From positions 1 to 40,343 of IMG/VR virus record IMGVR_UViG_3300045988_036893: DNA of 40,343 nucleotides; one strand, 5' to 3'. Shown one piece after another: positions 15,666-23,091 of this stretch (the stretch's first letter is position 1; each line of letters begins with the position of its first letter). The position numbers were made by a program, and so were the translations under genes. This DNA is from a virus. The notes under the pieces are model-generated. The model ran no database searches. It saw only the letters and a program-made list of their open reading frames with translations, and was not told the DNA's origin.

Positions 15666-15853
15666 GGTACAATCTCCTTTACTTTCGCGTAGTACTTCTC
15701 GCTGTACCAGATGTCCGGCAGGCGCTGGTTTTGGGTAAAGCCCGCCTTTTGCAGCTCCTTTTCGGCAGCGCCAGTGGTGGTGTAGGTCTGGTGAGAGTGG
15801 CGGATGTCACCGGTAGAGCGGGAGTAGGTGATGATTTCAATACGTTTCATCAT
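15662..15853 (-). CDS. hypothetical protein (63 aa)
   Basis: ATGA overlap with the upstream stop. Confidence 0.55.
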   Translation of the reverse strand: MMKRIEIITYSRSTGDIRHSHQTYTTTGAAEKELQKAGFTQNQRLPDIWYSEKYYAKVKEIVP

Positions 15854-16266
15854 TCCCACCCCGCGTAGGCGAAACTGCCTGCTTTTTGTGCTGCATCATA
15901 CCTGTCAATTTGGCGTTGGCAGAAAGCGGCGTCAAGGATACCGCACTCGGCTAGGTCTGCGTACATTTTGGCATCCCACTTTGTCATCGGTGGGCGAATC
16001 TCATTGCACCAGGTAATCAGTTCAGAAGGAGAGGACGGCGGGAAGATTTGCCCAGCACGAACTTTTCTGTCGATGGCCTCTTTTTGGAGTTTTACGGGCA
16101 CATCCTGCAAAGCTTTCTCCCACACGGCGATCATGGAGCGCTTTTGTGCAAGCGTTTTTCCGTTGCCAAAGTTCGGCCATACGGCGGCGATATAACCCAT
16201 GATGTAGTGCAGGCCATCCTCGACTGGCTGCGCCTGCTGCGTAAGAACTGTGTTTGATACGGTCAT
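15850..16266 (-). CDS. hypothetical replication-module protein (possibly helicase-loader/G39P-like)
   Basis: ATG at 16266 overlaps the organizer stop (ATGA). The functional guess is based on position only. Confidence 0.4.
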   Translation of the reverse strand: MTVSNTVLTQQAQPVEDGLHYIMGYIAAVWPNFGNGKTLAQKRSMIAVWEKALQDVPVKLQKEAIDRKVRAGQIFPPSSPSELITWCNEIRPPMTKWDAKMYADLAECGILDAAFCQRQIDRYDAAQKAGSFAYAGWE

Positions 16267-16964
16267 TGACCTGTCAGCCAATCGAAATCCCTCCCATCTG
16301 CACGGCGCTGCGGCACTGCCTGCTGTGCATCGCGTATCGGATAAAACGCCTGCCAGCCCTTGCGCACGACCTCTCGCATGTAGTCCTGCAAAGACAGATT
16401 ACTTTGTGCTGCCATGCCAGCCAGCTTGTCGAGATTTTGCCCGATAGCGCCCTTGGTTTCTGGCGCCCGCTGTTTCTTGCGGTTGTCGAGCCACTCAAAG
16501 AGCAGCTCTCGCAGCTCTGCGTCCTGCGTGTACTCCTCGATAGCTTTCTTTGCGGAGTATGCAGGCGCGCGCTTGCGCGTAGCCACGCTTTCAGCGTGGC
16601 ATATATCTTGGGTATCTAACGATACACAAGATATATTTTGTTTTTTGTTTTTTGTTTTTTGTTTACCTGCATTTGCTGGCAATTGATAGCAATTGCTATC
16701 AATTGCTTCTTCATCTGGCAATTGCTTGCGTTTCTTTCCGTTCTCGCTTAGCTTGGCACATTTTTCGCTGTACCGTTCTTTTGCTGCATCTATATCTTCC
16801 GTGATGAAGTCAAATGCGGTTTCCTCACGTCCATTGAGTTGCGTCTTTTCTCCCGTCTCGTTATATACCATAAGAGCACGAAACAGCCGACCTAGCTCGC
16901 TATCTGATAGGTTGCGCGTTTTCTTTCTGTAGGAATTAAAGCAGCAGAAATACTCTAGTGCCAT
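16263..16964 (-). CDS. phage replisome organizer / DnaD-like replication initiator
   Basis: The N-terminus is MALEYFCCFNSYRKKTRNLSDSELGRLFRALMVY. The C-terminal domain follows a low-complexity linker that carries DNA repeats. Confidence 0.6.
   Translation of the reverse strand: MALEYFCCFNSYRKKTRNLSDSELGRLFRALMVYNETGEKTQLNGREETAFDFITEDIDAAKERYSEKCAKLSENGKKRKQLPDEEAIDSNCYQLPANAGKQKTKNKKQNISCVSLDTQDICHAESVATRKRAPAYSAKKAIEEYTQDAELRELLFEWLDNRKKQRAPETKGAIGQNLDKLAGMAAQSNLSLQDYMREVVRKGWQAFYPIRDAQQAVPQRRADGRDFDWLTGQ
16582..16724. promoter_or_regulatory. candidate origin of replication inside the organizer gene
   Basis: An 8-bp inverted repeat lies at 16582-16600 and a near-perfect 36-bp palindrome at 16601-16636. 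These are followed by (T6G)x3 at 16637-16664. CAATTG occurs four times at 16680, 16690, 16700 and 16719 (10-bp phasing). Confidence 0.5.
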
Positions 16965-16966
16965 AT

Positions 16967-17620
16967 TCAATTTTCCTTTTCTTGATGGCAGTGCATATAA
17001 ACGTATTCTGAATTTGCTGCCATGTTTGAGTAAAGCCAATCGTCGGCTTTCTCTTTACTTAAATGCTCATGCATCACTCGCTTTTCATACACAAACTCGC
17101 CGTTAATTTTCTTCTCGGCGATGCGGTCTTGAATGTCCGCTTCTTTGTAGTTGGATTCCACGAGATACAGGTTGTAACCTTTGGCCTTGATGCCGTTCAG
17201 ATTGTTTGTGTCTGTGGCGTAAAATAGGCGATCTATAGGGTGCTGCTGTAGCTCAATATGCCAGCAGCAATTTTGCACATCGTGCTTTGTCTCCTGCGCC
17301 TTTATGCGGCATAGCCCTTTGTAGGTGTACCAGCGGTCTGTGCGTATAGCATCTATCTGGTTAGCCTTTACGCCCGCATCTACGAGAGGGGCGCATAGCC
17401 ACGTGCAACACGCAAAACGCAGTGTCGGTATCTCTCTGGCGAGCCTGCGAAGCGTGGCGGGGTTGAAGTGGTCACCGTGGATGTGTGTAAGGAGTACGAG
17501 CTTCAAATTCTTGTAATCGTCTGCAAGCCGGGAAAATGGAACGCCGCAATCAATCAATATTGAATTTTGAATGAGAACGGCGTTCCCTTGACTTCCAGTT
17601 GAAATTATCTTGTAGTCCAT
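16967..17620 (-). CDS. MBL-fold metallo-hydrolase
   Basis: It contains the LLTHIHGDHF (HxHxDH) motif and is 217 aa. Confidence 0.75.
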   Translation of the reverse strand: MDYKIISTGSQGNAVLIQNSILIDCGVPFSRLADDYKNLKLVLLTHIHGDHFNPATLRRLAREIPTLRFACCTWLCAPLVDAGVKANQIDAIRTDRWYTYKGLCRIKAQETKHDVQNCCWHIELQQHPIDRLFYATDTNNLNGIKAKGYNLYLVESNYKEADIQDRIAEKKINGEFVYEKRVMHEHLSKEKADDWLYSNMAANSEYVYMHCHQEKEN

Positions 17621-17621
17621 C

Positions 17622-18551
17622 TTACAGGATGCTCAAATCAATTTGCATCGGCTCGGCAGTGGCGTTCGCATTTTCAACCGCCTGTTCCGTCTGCTGCTGT
17701 TCAAGCTGCGGTGCAGGCTGTGCAGCAGATTCAAGGCGAACGTCCTTTGCAGATGCGACGCGCTCTGCAATCAACTGTCCATCGTTGTCATGCGTGATGG
17801 TATCATCATGTTCAAGCGCGGTCTGCATATCTACGCTCATAACGCCCCAACGGGAGATGAGCTGCCGAAGCATGGTTTTCTTTGCCATATCATCGAAATT
17901 CTTGTACCAGAACGAGGAATACTTCCACATATCACCCTGCGAAACATTGCCTGCAATCAGATTTTCGTATCCCTTGCGGCTAAAAGCGGGGCTGTAAGTG
18001 TCTGCATGGGTCATCATCTTTTCTTTGCTCCAATACAGCACCTTGCGGAATCCGTTCAAATACTCGAAGTATGCCATGTAGCCGATGGTCGGCAGGGCAT
18101 CGCGCACATCATCGTCCTCAATGAACTTAAACCGGGCTTTCCCGGTTTCTGGGTCTTTGCCCATGTACTCGCCCTTCTTGATGACCATTACATCAAGGTC
18201 TTTATACTGTCCACTGCGCAACGCCAACTGGATATAGCCCTTGTAGCCAAGCACAAACTGCGCTGTAGTGGTCTGCTGGCGCTTGTTTTTGAACGGCACG
18301 AGATAATATTGCCCCAGCTGCGGGGAAGGGGAGAGCTTCAAGCTCTCGCCCAGCAGCGCACCGGCAAGAATCGTACCGGCGTCGCATTCCTGCAAGGCCG
18401 GATTCACAGCGACAGCGCTCGTGATGCTGGCGGTGAAACTGCGGGCGCGGTCAGGGTCGCGCAGCGTGTTGTTAATTAGGTTCTGGTAGCTCTGTGTCGT
18501 GATCGCAACGGAAAACTTCGGTTTCTGTGCCAACTGATTAGATGTCGTCAT
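17622..18551 (-). CDS. recT: RecT-family single-strand annealing recombinase
   Basis: It is 309 aa. The pattern YYLVPFKNK...GYKGYIQLALRSGQYK is typical of RecT. Confidence 0.85.
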   Translation of the reverse strand: MTTSNQLAQKPKFSVAITTQSYQNLINNTLRDPDRARSFTASITSAVAVNPALQECDAGTILAGALLGESLKLSPSPQLGQYYLVPFKNKRQQTTTAQFVLGYKGYIQLALRSGQYKDLDVMVIKKGEYMGKDPETGKARFKFIEDDDVRDALPTIGYMAYFEYLNGFRKVLYWSKEKMMTHADTYSPAFSRKGYENLIAGNVSQGDMWKYSSFWYKNFDDMAKKTMLRQLISRWGVMSVDMQTALEHDDTITHDNDGQLIAERVASAKDVRLESAAQPAPQLEQQQTEQAVENANATAEPMQIDLSIL

Positions 18552-19428
18552 AGCTCATACCCTCCTGCATGATGAACTGTTTCAGTTTCTTCAACTGTTC
18601 GATGGTGCCGCGAACGGCGAACTTTACTTCATAGACGGCAGTCTGTGTTTTCTCCGGCTCCTGCACGGCTGCTGGCTGTTCTTCAATCGGTGCGGGAACT
18701 TCTTCAACAGGCGGTTCCGTAGCATCCTGCACCTCTGCAATGGCCTGCTGCACCTTTTCCTCTGCGGCCTGCTGCTGTTCAAGCGCTGCGCGGCGTTCAG
18801 CTTCTTGCTGCTTTTGCAGTTCGATTTGCTCATGGCGAGCGCGAACCGTACTCAATGCAAGCGCAACATTCAGCGATTTCTTATATTCAACCAGCAACTC
18901 GGCGGCGTCCTCATGGCGGGAAAGCTCCTGCACCTCTTCGTCAATTTTAAGTACCGTAGAGGTCAACGCGGTCTTCACGCCGTTTACGCTGGTCGAAAGC
19001 CCGATTTTCAAATTCATCTGCTCGAAGCGCAGCCAGGGCAGATTGTTCGCCTTGCAAAGCTCTGCGAAGTAGCTTTGAATTTCCTTTACCTTATCAGCTT
19101 TCAAGCCAGTCTCGACCTCATCAACGCGGCGCTTCAACTCGGCATCGGCCTTTTTGAACGGGTCTGCGATGCACTGCTTGTACACTTCCTCAAAGCGGTT
19201 GTACGGCTCCATGATGGCTTCTTTGACCCGTTTGCGCTGTTCTTCCATCGCCGCAAATTCCCTGCCAAGCTCTGTGCGGATTTTCTTTACATCGCCGCGC
19301 GTTTCTTCCGTGCAAACAAGCTGCATCGCGTTGTTGGTACGGGCTTCTACATCGGCTTTCACAAGCTGTAGATGTTCCTCGATAACTGGCAGCTGCTTTA
19401 GAGTAATTACCTGCATTTTGTTTTCCAT
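18538..19428 (-). CDS. DUF1351-family protein (RecT-associated)
   Basis: It is a 296-aa coiled-coil protein directly upstream of recT, with a GGAGG RBS. Confidence 0.65.
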   Translation of the reverse strand: MENKMQVITLKQLPVIEEHLQLVKADVEARTNNAMQLVCTEETRGDVKKIRTELGREFAAMEEQRKRVKEAIMEPYNRFEEVYKQCIADPFKKADAELKRRVDEVETGLKADKVKEIQSYFAELCKANNLPWLRFEQMNLKIGLSTSVNGVKTALTSTVLKIDEEVQELSRHEDAAELLVEYKKSLNVALALSTVRARHEQIELQKQQEAERRAALEQQQAAEEKVQQAIAEVQDATEPPVEEVPAPIEEQPAAVQEPEKTQTAVYEVKFAVRGTIEQLKKLKQFIMQEGMSYDDI

Positions 19429-19431
19429 TTG

Positions 19432-19632
19432 TCAAACCTCCATATGTTTGAAGTGTTCCATGCTCTGGCATAGGCCAGCTTCGGCAGATAGCATCAAGTC
19501 TCGCATCTGCTGATACTTGATAAAATCAGGCGTTGAGCGGTCATGCACGATGCGCTGCATAGCCTGAAAATGTTTCTGGTATTTATCCGGGGCGTTATTT
19601 TCAAACGCCATTCTGATGTTTTCGCAAATCAT
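19432..19632 (-). CDS. hypothetical protein (66 aa)
   Basis: It has a GGAG RBS and sits in the packed early operon. Confidence 0.55.
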   Translation of the reverse strand: MICENIRMAFENNAPDKYQKHFQAMQRIVHDRSTPDFIKYQQMRDLMLSAEAGLCQSMEHFKHMEV

Positions 19633-19635
19633 TTT

Positions 19636-19839
19636 TTAAGCTCCTGCCGCAATCGAGGTATGGATTCCGAGCGCGGTCAAAACTGTCTTAACGTCCAAGT
19701 CATCGTAGCGGTAAATTGCACCGCCCAGGTCTACAATCTCGTCGCCCTCGTAGTACGGTACGCCGTCAGCGTCCGTTCCAATCGGTTCATCATCATAGGG
19801 CGGGAAGGGGTTATCTTGATGGCCCCAAAAGCTTGTCAT
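19636..19839 (-). CDS. hypothetical acidic protein (67 aa)
   Basis: ATG at 19839 follows AAGGAGG, with ATGA overlap upstream. Confidence 0.55.
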   Translation of the reverse strand: MTSFWGHQDNPFPPYDDEPIGTDADGVPYYEGDEIVDLGGAIYRYDDLDVKTVLTALGIHTSIAAGA

Positions 19840-20084
19840 TCTGCAGCCTCCTTGAAATACAGTCCGCACAGTGGATTCAGGGCCAGCAGGGCGGCGAGAG
19901 TGGCGGGGATGTTGAGAGAACCGAGCGCCGCCAGCAGCAGCACCAAATCTGCGGTGATTGCCAGCTTGACGGCGGCGCGGGTAAGTGATAGAATACAGTT
20001 AGAGCTTTTTGCGATGCTCTGTTCGTTCTGCCGTCTCTGTGTGCCAGCACAGGGGCGGCGTTTTTTTGTTGCTGTCGCCATCAT
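19836..20084 (-). CDS. small membrane protein (82 aa)
   Basis: ATG at 20084 follows GGGAGGAAG. It has two hydrophobic segments. Confidence 0.5.
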   Translation of the reverse strand: MMATATKKRRPCAGTQRRQNEQSIAKSSNCILSLTRAAVKLAITADLVLLLAALGSLNIPATLAALLALNPLCGLYFKEAAE

Positions 20085-20102
20085 TCTTTTACTTCCTCCC
20101 AT

Positions 20103-20675
20103 TCAAAGCGGCCCTTGCCACTGGCCCAGACCGCGCAGCGTGCCGTAGTCGAAGCACTCCCGGACAACGTCCTCAAGTTTCGGGTCGAGACAGGTGACTT
20201 CAAATTCAATGGTAGAGCCTGCCGGGACGGTTTCCGATTTGGCGATGCTAACGCGCTCACCCATTGGGGTCTGTGCGCGCAGGGGGCGCTCACAGAAGCC
20301 CATCTTTAGGCCGTGAAGGTTGTATGGAATCTCACGCGGGGAAACGAAAATCAGGCCGTCAATGGCTTTCTTGTAGGCTTTCAACGCGGCACAGTGCTTG
20401 CCACCCGGATAGCCTGCCTTACCGGCAGTGGCAAGGGCCTTGCAGCTGTCCTTGAACATGCCCTTGATCTGATAATCGTAGATGAACGGCGTTCCGTTGG
20501 CAGTCTTGGGAAAAATGGTCGTTCTTTCCTCTGCAGCCTGCGCTTTGATGTTGTCGACTTCCTGCGCAGTCAGGTCATCGGTGGGGGCCTTGCTGGCGAT
20601 GTAAGCGGCCAGCAACTCCTCATTGCTGGGGCTGGAACCTAAAACCTCTTCGGTTAAAGTGATACGGATTTTCAT
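20103..20675 (-). CDS. hypothetical early protein (190 aa), family not recognised
   Basis: It has an AAAGGA RBS and is the first gene after the repeat array. The C-terminus reads YGTLRGLGQWQGPL. Confidence 0.65.
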   Translation of the reverse strand: MKIRITLTEEVLGSSPSNEELLAAYIASKAPTDDLTAQEVDNIKAQAAEERTTIFPKTANGTPFIYDYQIKGMFKDSCKALATAGKAGYPGGKHCAALKAYKKAIDGLIFVSPREIPYNLHGLKMGFCERPLRAQTPMGERVSIAKSETVPAGSTIEFEVTCLDPKLEDVVRECFDYGTLRGLGQWQGPL

Positions 20676-20729
20676 TTGTGGTCGTCCTTTCTAATTGATA
20701 AATTACGGTTGCTCTTCAAGTATTTGCTT

Positions 20730-20951
20730 TGCCACTGCTATGCCTCGCACATCGTTGCCCTGTCAAAGCCATTCTACGCAAAGCCTCCGCGTTGCCATTC
20801 ATTGCCGTTGCTGTGCTCTGCGTAGCTATGCCTTTGCGGCTCTATACATATCTTTGCCATTGCAAAACAATGCTAAACGGTGCTTTTCCAATGCAAATCC
20901 ATTCCTTTCCAAGCTGCGCATCGCCATTGCCGTTCATAGCTCTGCCATTGC
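20730..20951. repeat. array of at least 6 same-orientation TGCCATTGC-like 9-mers in a 320-bp non-coding gap
   Basis: Exact copies lie at 20855-20863 and 20943-20951. Variants lie at 20730-20738, 20793-20801, 20802-20811 and 20922-20930. Confidence 0.8.
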
Positions 20952-20997
20952 ATGGGCAAGCATGGCTTTTCCTTTGCTCCGCCTTTCCAAGCAATTC

Positions 20998-21294
20998 CTA
21001 CGCTTTTTTGAGGAGGTCAGCGGCAAGCTGCAGCGCGTCGGCCAGCTGTTCGCGGTCAGATTTGGGCTTGACGGGGGTTGACCGGCGGACGGCGGCGGCG
21101 GGGAAGTAGGCGGCAAAGTCGTCCAGGGAGATGTCCAGCGCGGCACATACTTTGCAAACCTCCGGCCACGTCCACGGAATTTTACCGGTGTATTTTCTCC
21201 CAACAGAATTTCCACTCAATTTCAGTTCTTCTGCCAGTTTTTCCCGGTTGTAGCCTTTACTTTTGAGAAGCGCTTTAAAAGCAATGTTTGTCAT
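20998..21294 (-). CDS. XRE/Cro-type HTH transcriptional regulator (98 aa)
   Basis: ATG at 21294 lies 9 nt after AAGGAG. The HTH segment reads FKALLKSKGYNREKLAEELKLSGNSVGRKYTG. Confidence 0.7.
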   Translation of the reverse strand: MTNIAFKALLKSKGYNREKLAEELKLSGNSVGRKYTGKIPWTWPEVCKVCAALDISLDDFAAYFPAAAVRRSTPVKPKSDREQLADALQLAADLLKKA

Positions 21295-21307
21295 GTTCAT
21301 CATCTCC

Positions 21308-21336
21308 TTGTAACACATATCAAGAAGTTGTATACT
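21308..21336 (+). promoter_or_regulatory. promoter TTGTAA-17 nt-TATACT for the plus-strand 88-aa gene
   Basis: The hexamers are at 21308-21313 and 21331-21336. The promoter overlaps the 5' end of the divergent XRE gene. Confidence 0.5.
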
Positions 21337-21357
21337 GTGCGAAAGGGGGAAAATAGT

Positions 21358-21624
21358 ATGGATTTAAAAATTCCAGATTTTACAAAAGACATTGACTTTG
21401 AAAGCACTCCGCTGAAAAATATTGAAAAAGCATCAACGGTAACTGCCGTACAAGCCAAACGCCTTGCAGAGTTAGCGGAGCGCCGTGCCCAAAAAGCTGA
21501 GCAGGATGCAAAAGATGCCGATGCCAGTGCAAAGCGTGCAAACGCTATTGCCATTGTATCGGTAATAATCGCTGCAATTTCTCTTTTCGGCGAAGCGCTC
21601 GGCCTTTTCCCGCTCTCTTTTTAA
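21358..21624 (+). CDS. tail-anchored membrane protein (88 aa), expressed in the integrase direction
   Basis: The RBS is GAAAGGGGGA. A coiled charged region is followed by the C-terminal TM AIAIVSVIIAAISLFGEALGLF. Confidence 0.65.
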   Translation: MDLKIPDFTKDIDFESTPLKNIEKASTVTAVQAKRLAELAERRAQKAEQDAKDADASAKRANAIAIVSVIIAAISLFGEALGLFPLSF

Positions 21625-21720
21625 CCAGTGTTCAAAGTAGAACGTAAAAACCAGATTGCATATCGCACCGCCCAGCACAGCGCCCTTGATAGCAATTGTG
21701 ACAAACAGTTTAGGTGTCAT
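21472..21720 (-). CDS. possible small membrane protein (82 aa) overlapping the convergent plus gene
   Basis: A strong AAAGGAG lies 7 nt before ATG 21720, with an N-terminal TM. The last roughly 50 codons are antisense to 21358..21624 and look artefactual. Confidence 0.35.
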   Translation of the reverse strand: MTPKLFVTIAIKGAVLGGAICNLVFTFYFEHWLKREREKAERFAEKRNCSDYYRYNGNSVCTLCTGIGIFCILLSFLGTALR

Positions 21721-21734
21721 TGGGTTGCTCCTTT

Positions 21735-22473
21735 TTATAAAGCATTCAAGCACAGCAGTCGGAACGTCTCACGGCCTTTAGGCGTGATAAGTGTCTGTGT
21801 GCCGCTCCACTTGGTTTTCTCGTTAAAGCACTCTTTAACCTCAAACAATCCGTTGTTTTTATCGGCGTATGGCATCAGCTTTGCTTTTTTATCTCTGTAG
21901 ATGTATTTCTTTTCCATCAAAAAAGAGATAAACTTTTTCTCTTCAACTCCAAGTTGTTTTGCCGTCTCCCGAAAGCTGGTCAGCAAATTACGGTCTACAA
22001 GTTCGTCAAAATATTCAGCTTTAGGCTGCATAATAGCATTCTGAACTGTAAGTTCCGAAATCCGAGCATCCCGTTCTGCAAGCGTTTTGTTGGCAACAAG
22101 CAGTGCTTTAGCCATAAGCTCAGATGGCGTAAGCTGTTCCTGCCCGGCGATGTAACCACCGTTTTTGCGGATACTGGGCAAGACTTCACTGGTGACCCAT
22201 TTGCGGAAAGGCTTTGCCTCTGGCTTGTCACTACGCAGGATGACGTTGTACAGGCCGGATTCGTTGATAACGGTAGTCTCCTGCTGGCGGCCCATGCTGT
22301 CGGTGAGGTCAGTCAGGATTACCTCATCCGCATCAAGCCGCTGCGCCGTCATTTTGTGGTTGGAGATCCCCAGCACCGCGCACACGTCTTTGAACGGCGA
22401 ACCACGGTTCGCCGTTCAACTCAACCGTGCGTACATCGTTGTTTTCGTACTTAAAAATCTGAATGTTGTTCAT
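21735..22473 (-). pseudogene. antirepressor (BRO-N + KilAC/ANT domains) interrupted by a 1-nt frame disruption at about 22392
   Basis: ATG 22473 (AAGGAG RBS) gives MNNIQIFKYENNDVRTVELNGEPWFAV and then stops after 46 codons. The +1 frame continues KDVCAVLGISNH... as track ORF 21735..22385. Confidence 0.75.
22390..22419. repeat. perfect 14+2+14 palindrome TTGAACGGCGAACC-AC-GGTTCGCCGTTCAA inside the antirepressor gene
   Basis: Read directly. The frame-breaking C (22392 on the minus strand) is the base that extends the perfect arms from 11 to 14 bp. Confidence 0.9.
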
Positions 22474-22477
22474 TCGC

Positions 22478-22672
22478 TCACTCCTTTCTTTCTGCGATCA
22501 GTTCACTTACAGCCGCCTCCATCTTCTTCTGAATGTCAGGCGGTTTGCGCTTACTGTTCAGAATCAAACAGATGTAAGGCTTGCCGTAACCGAGCTTTTT
22601 TGCTACGTCTTCATAAGAAATGTCGTTATTGTGCATCTTCCCAATCAAACGACCAGTCCAAGCTTCGGGCAT
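22478..22672 (-). CDS. small HTH regulator (64 aa), first gene of the leftward early operon (cro-like position)
   Basis: It has a strong GGGAGGTGA RBS. The segment ISYEDVAKKLGYGKPYICLILNSKRKP is HTH-like. Confidence 0.6.
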   Translation of the reverse strand: MPEAWTGRLIGKMHNNDISYEDVAKKLGYGKPYICLILNSKRKPPDIQKKMEAAVSELIAERKE

Positions 22673-22710
22673 TTTTTCACCTCCCTAGTAAAAATTAGAA
22701 GTAAACAAAA

Positions 22711-22739
22711 TTGACTGCCGCGACACAATATGCTATAAT
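22711..22739 (+). promoter_or_regulatory. near-consensus promoter TTGACT-17 nt-TGcTATAAT
   Basis: The hexamers are at 22711-22716 and 22734-22739, with an extended -10 TG at 22731-22732. Confidence 0.75.
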
Positions 22740-22745
22740 CTGAAT

Positions 22746-23040
22746 TGCCAGAGTAAGGCAGAAAGGAAGGTGGTCGTCCCTTGACCCAACTTTTGAGTAT
22801 GCCAGTTCCAGACTAAAGAAATTGCGTAACGCGCTATGGCTTAAACGGCTGCCCCAAAGCTGCCAAAGGTTACGGCAAGTCCACAGAATTGCAAGTTCGT
22901 TTTGCAAGCAGCGGATGCGCATTGCACAAAGGACCGTGTACTTGCTCGCTCACATTGAGCGGTTCCGTTGCTGCAAACTTGTTCTGGTAAAAAACTTTGG
23001 GAAAAATCCGTCTGCTAACGAACAGCAGGCGGATTTTTTT
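22746..23040 (+). ncRNA. candidate non-coding RNA of about 295 nt (promoter-to-terminator unit without a credible ORF)
   Basis: A strong promoter and a strong terminator bracket it. Inside are only an 11-codon ORF and an RBS-less ORF that reads through the terminator. Internal helices include TGCC/GGCA, TTGCAA/TTGCAA and CGCTCA-CAT-TGAGCG. Confidence 0.55.
23002..23040. terminator. bidirectional rho-independent terminator
   Basis: A 10-bp stem TCCGTCTGCT/AGCAGGCGGA (one G-U) with a 7-nt loop is flanked by A5 on the left and T7 on the right. Confidence 0.8.
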
Positions 23041-23062
23041 GCTGTCGCGGCAGTGTAAGGTG

Positions 23063-23091
23063 TTGCAAATGTTTACAAAACGTGCTATATT
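23063..23091 (+). promoter_or_regulatory. promoter TTGCAA-17 nt-TGcTATATT, face to face with the minus-strand promoter
   Basis: The hexamers are at 23063-23068 and 23086-23091, with an extended -10 TG. Confidence 0.6.

Noticed and set aside
17643-18479. A 278-aa plus-strand ORF.
   Set aside because: It is the antisense shadow of the recT gene.
20695-21109. Two overlapping plus-strand ORFs (128 and 126 aa) in the repeat array.
   Set aside because: Their apparent periodic peptide repeats simply mirror the DNA 9-mer array. They have alternative start codons without an RBS, and they run into the convergent XRE gene.
22822-23058. A 78-aa plus-strand ORF inside the candidate ncRNA.
   Set aside because: It starts at a non-ATG codon without an RBS and reads straight through the terminator hairpin and its T-tract. 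It is kept only as the alternative hypothesis to the ncRNA call.
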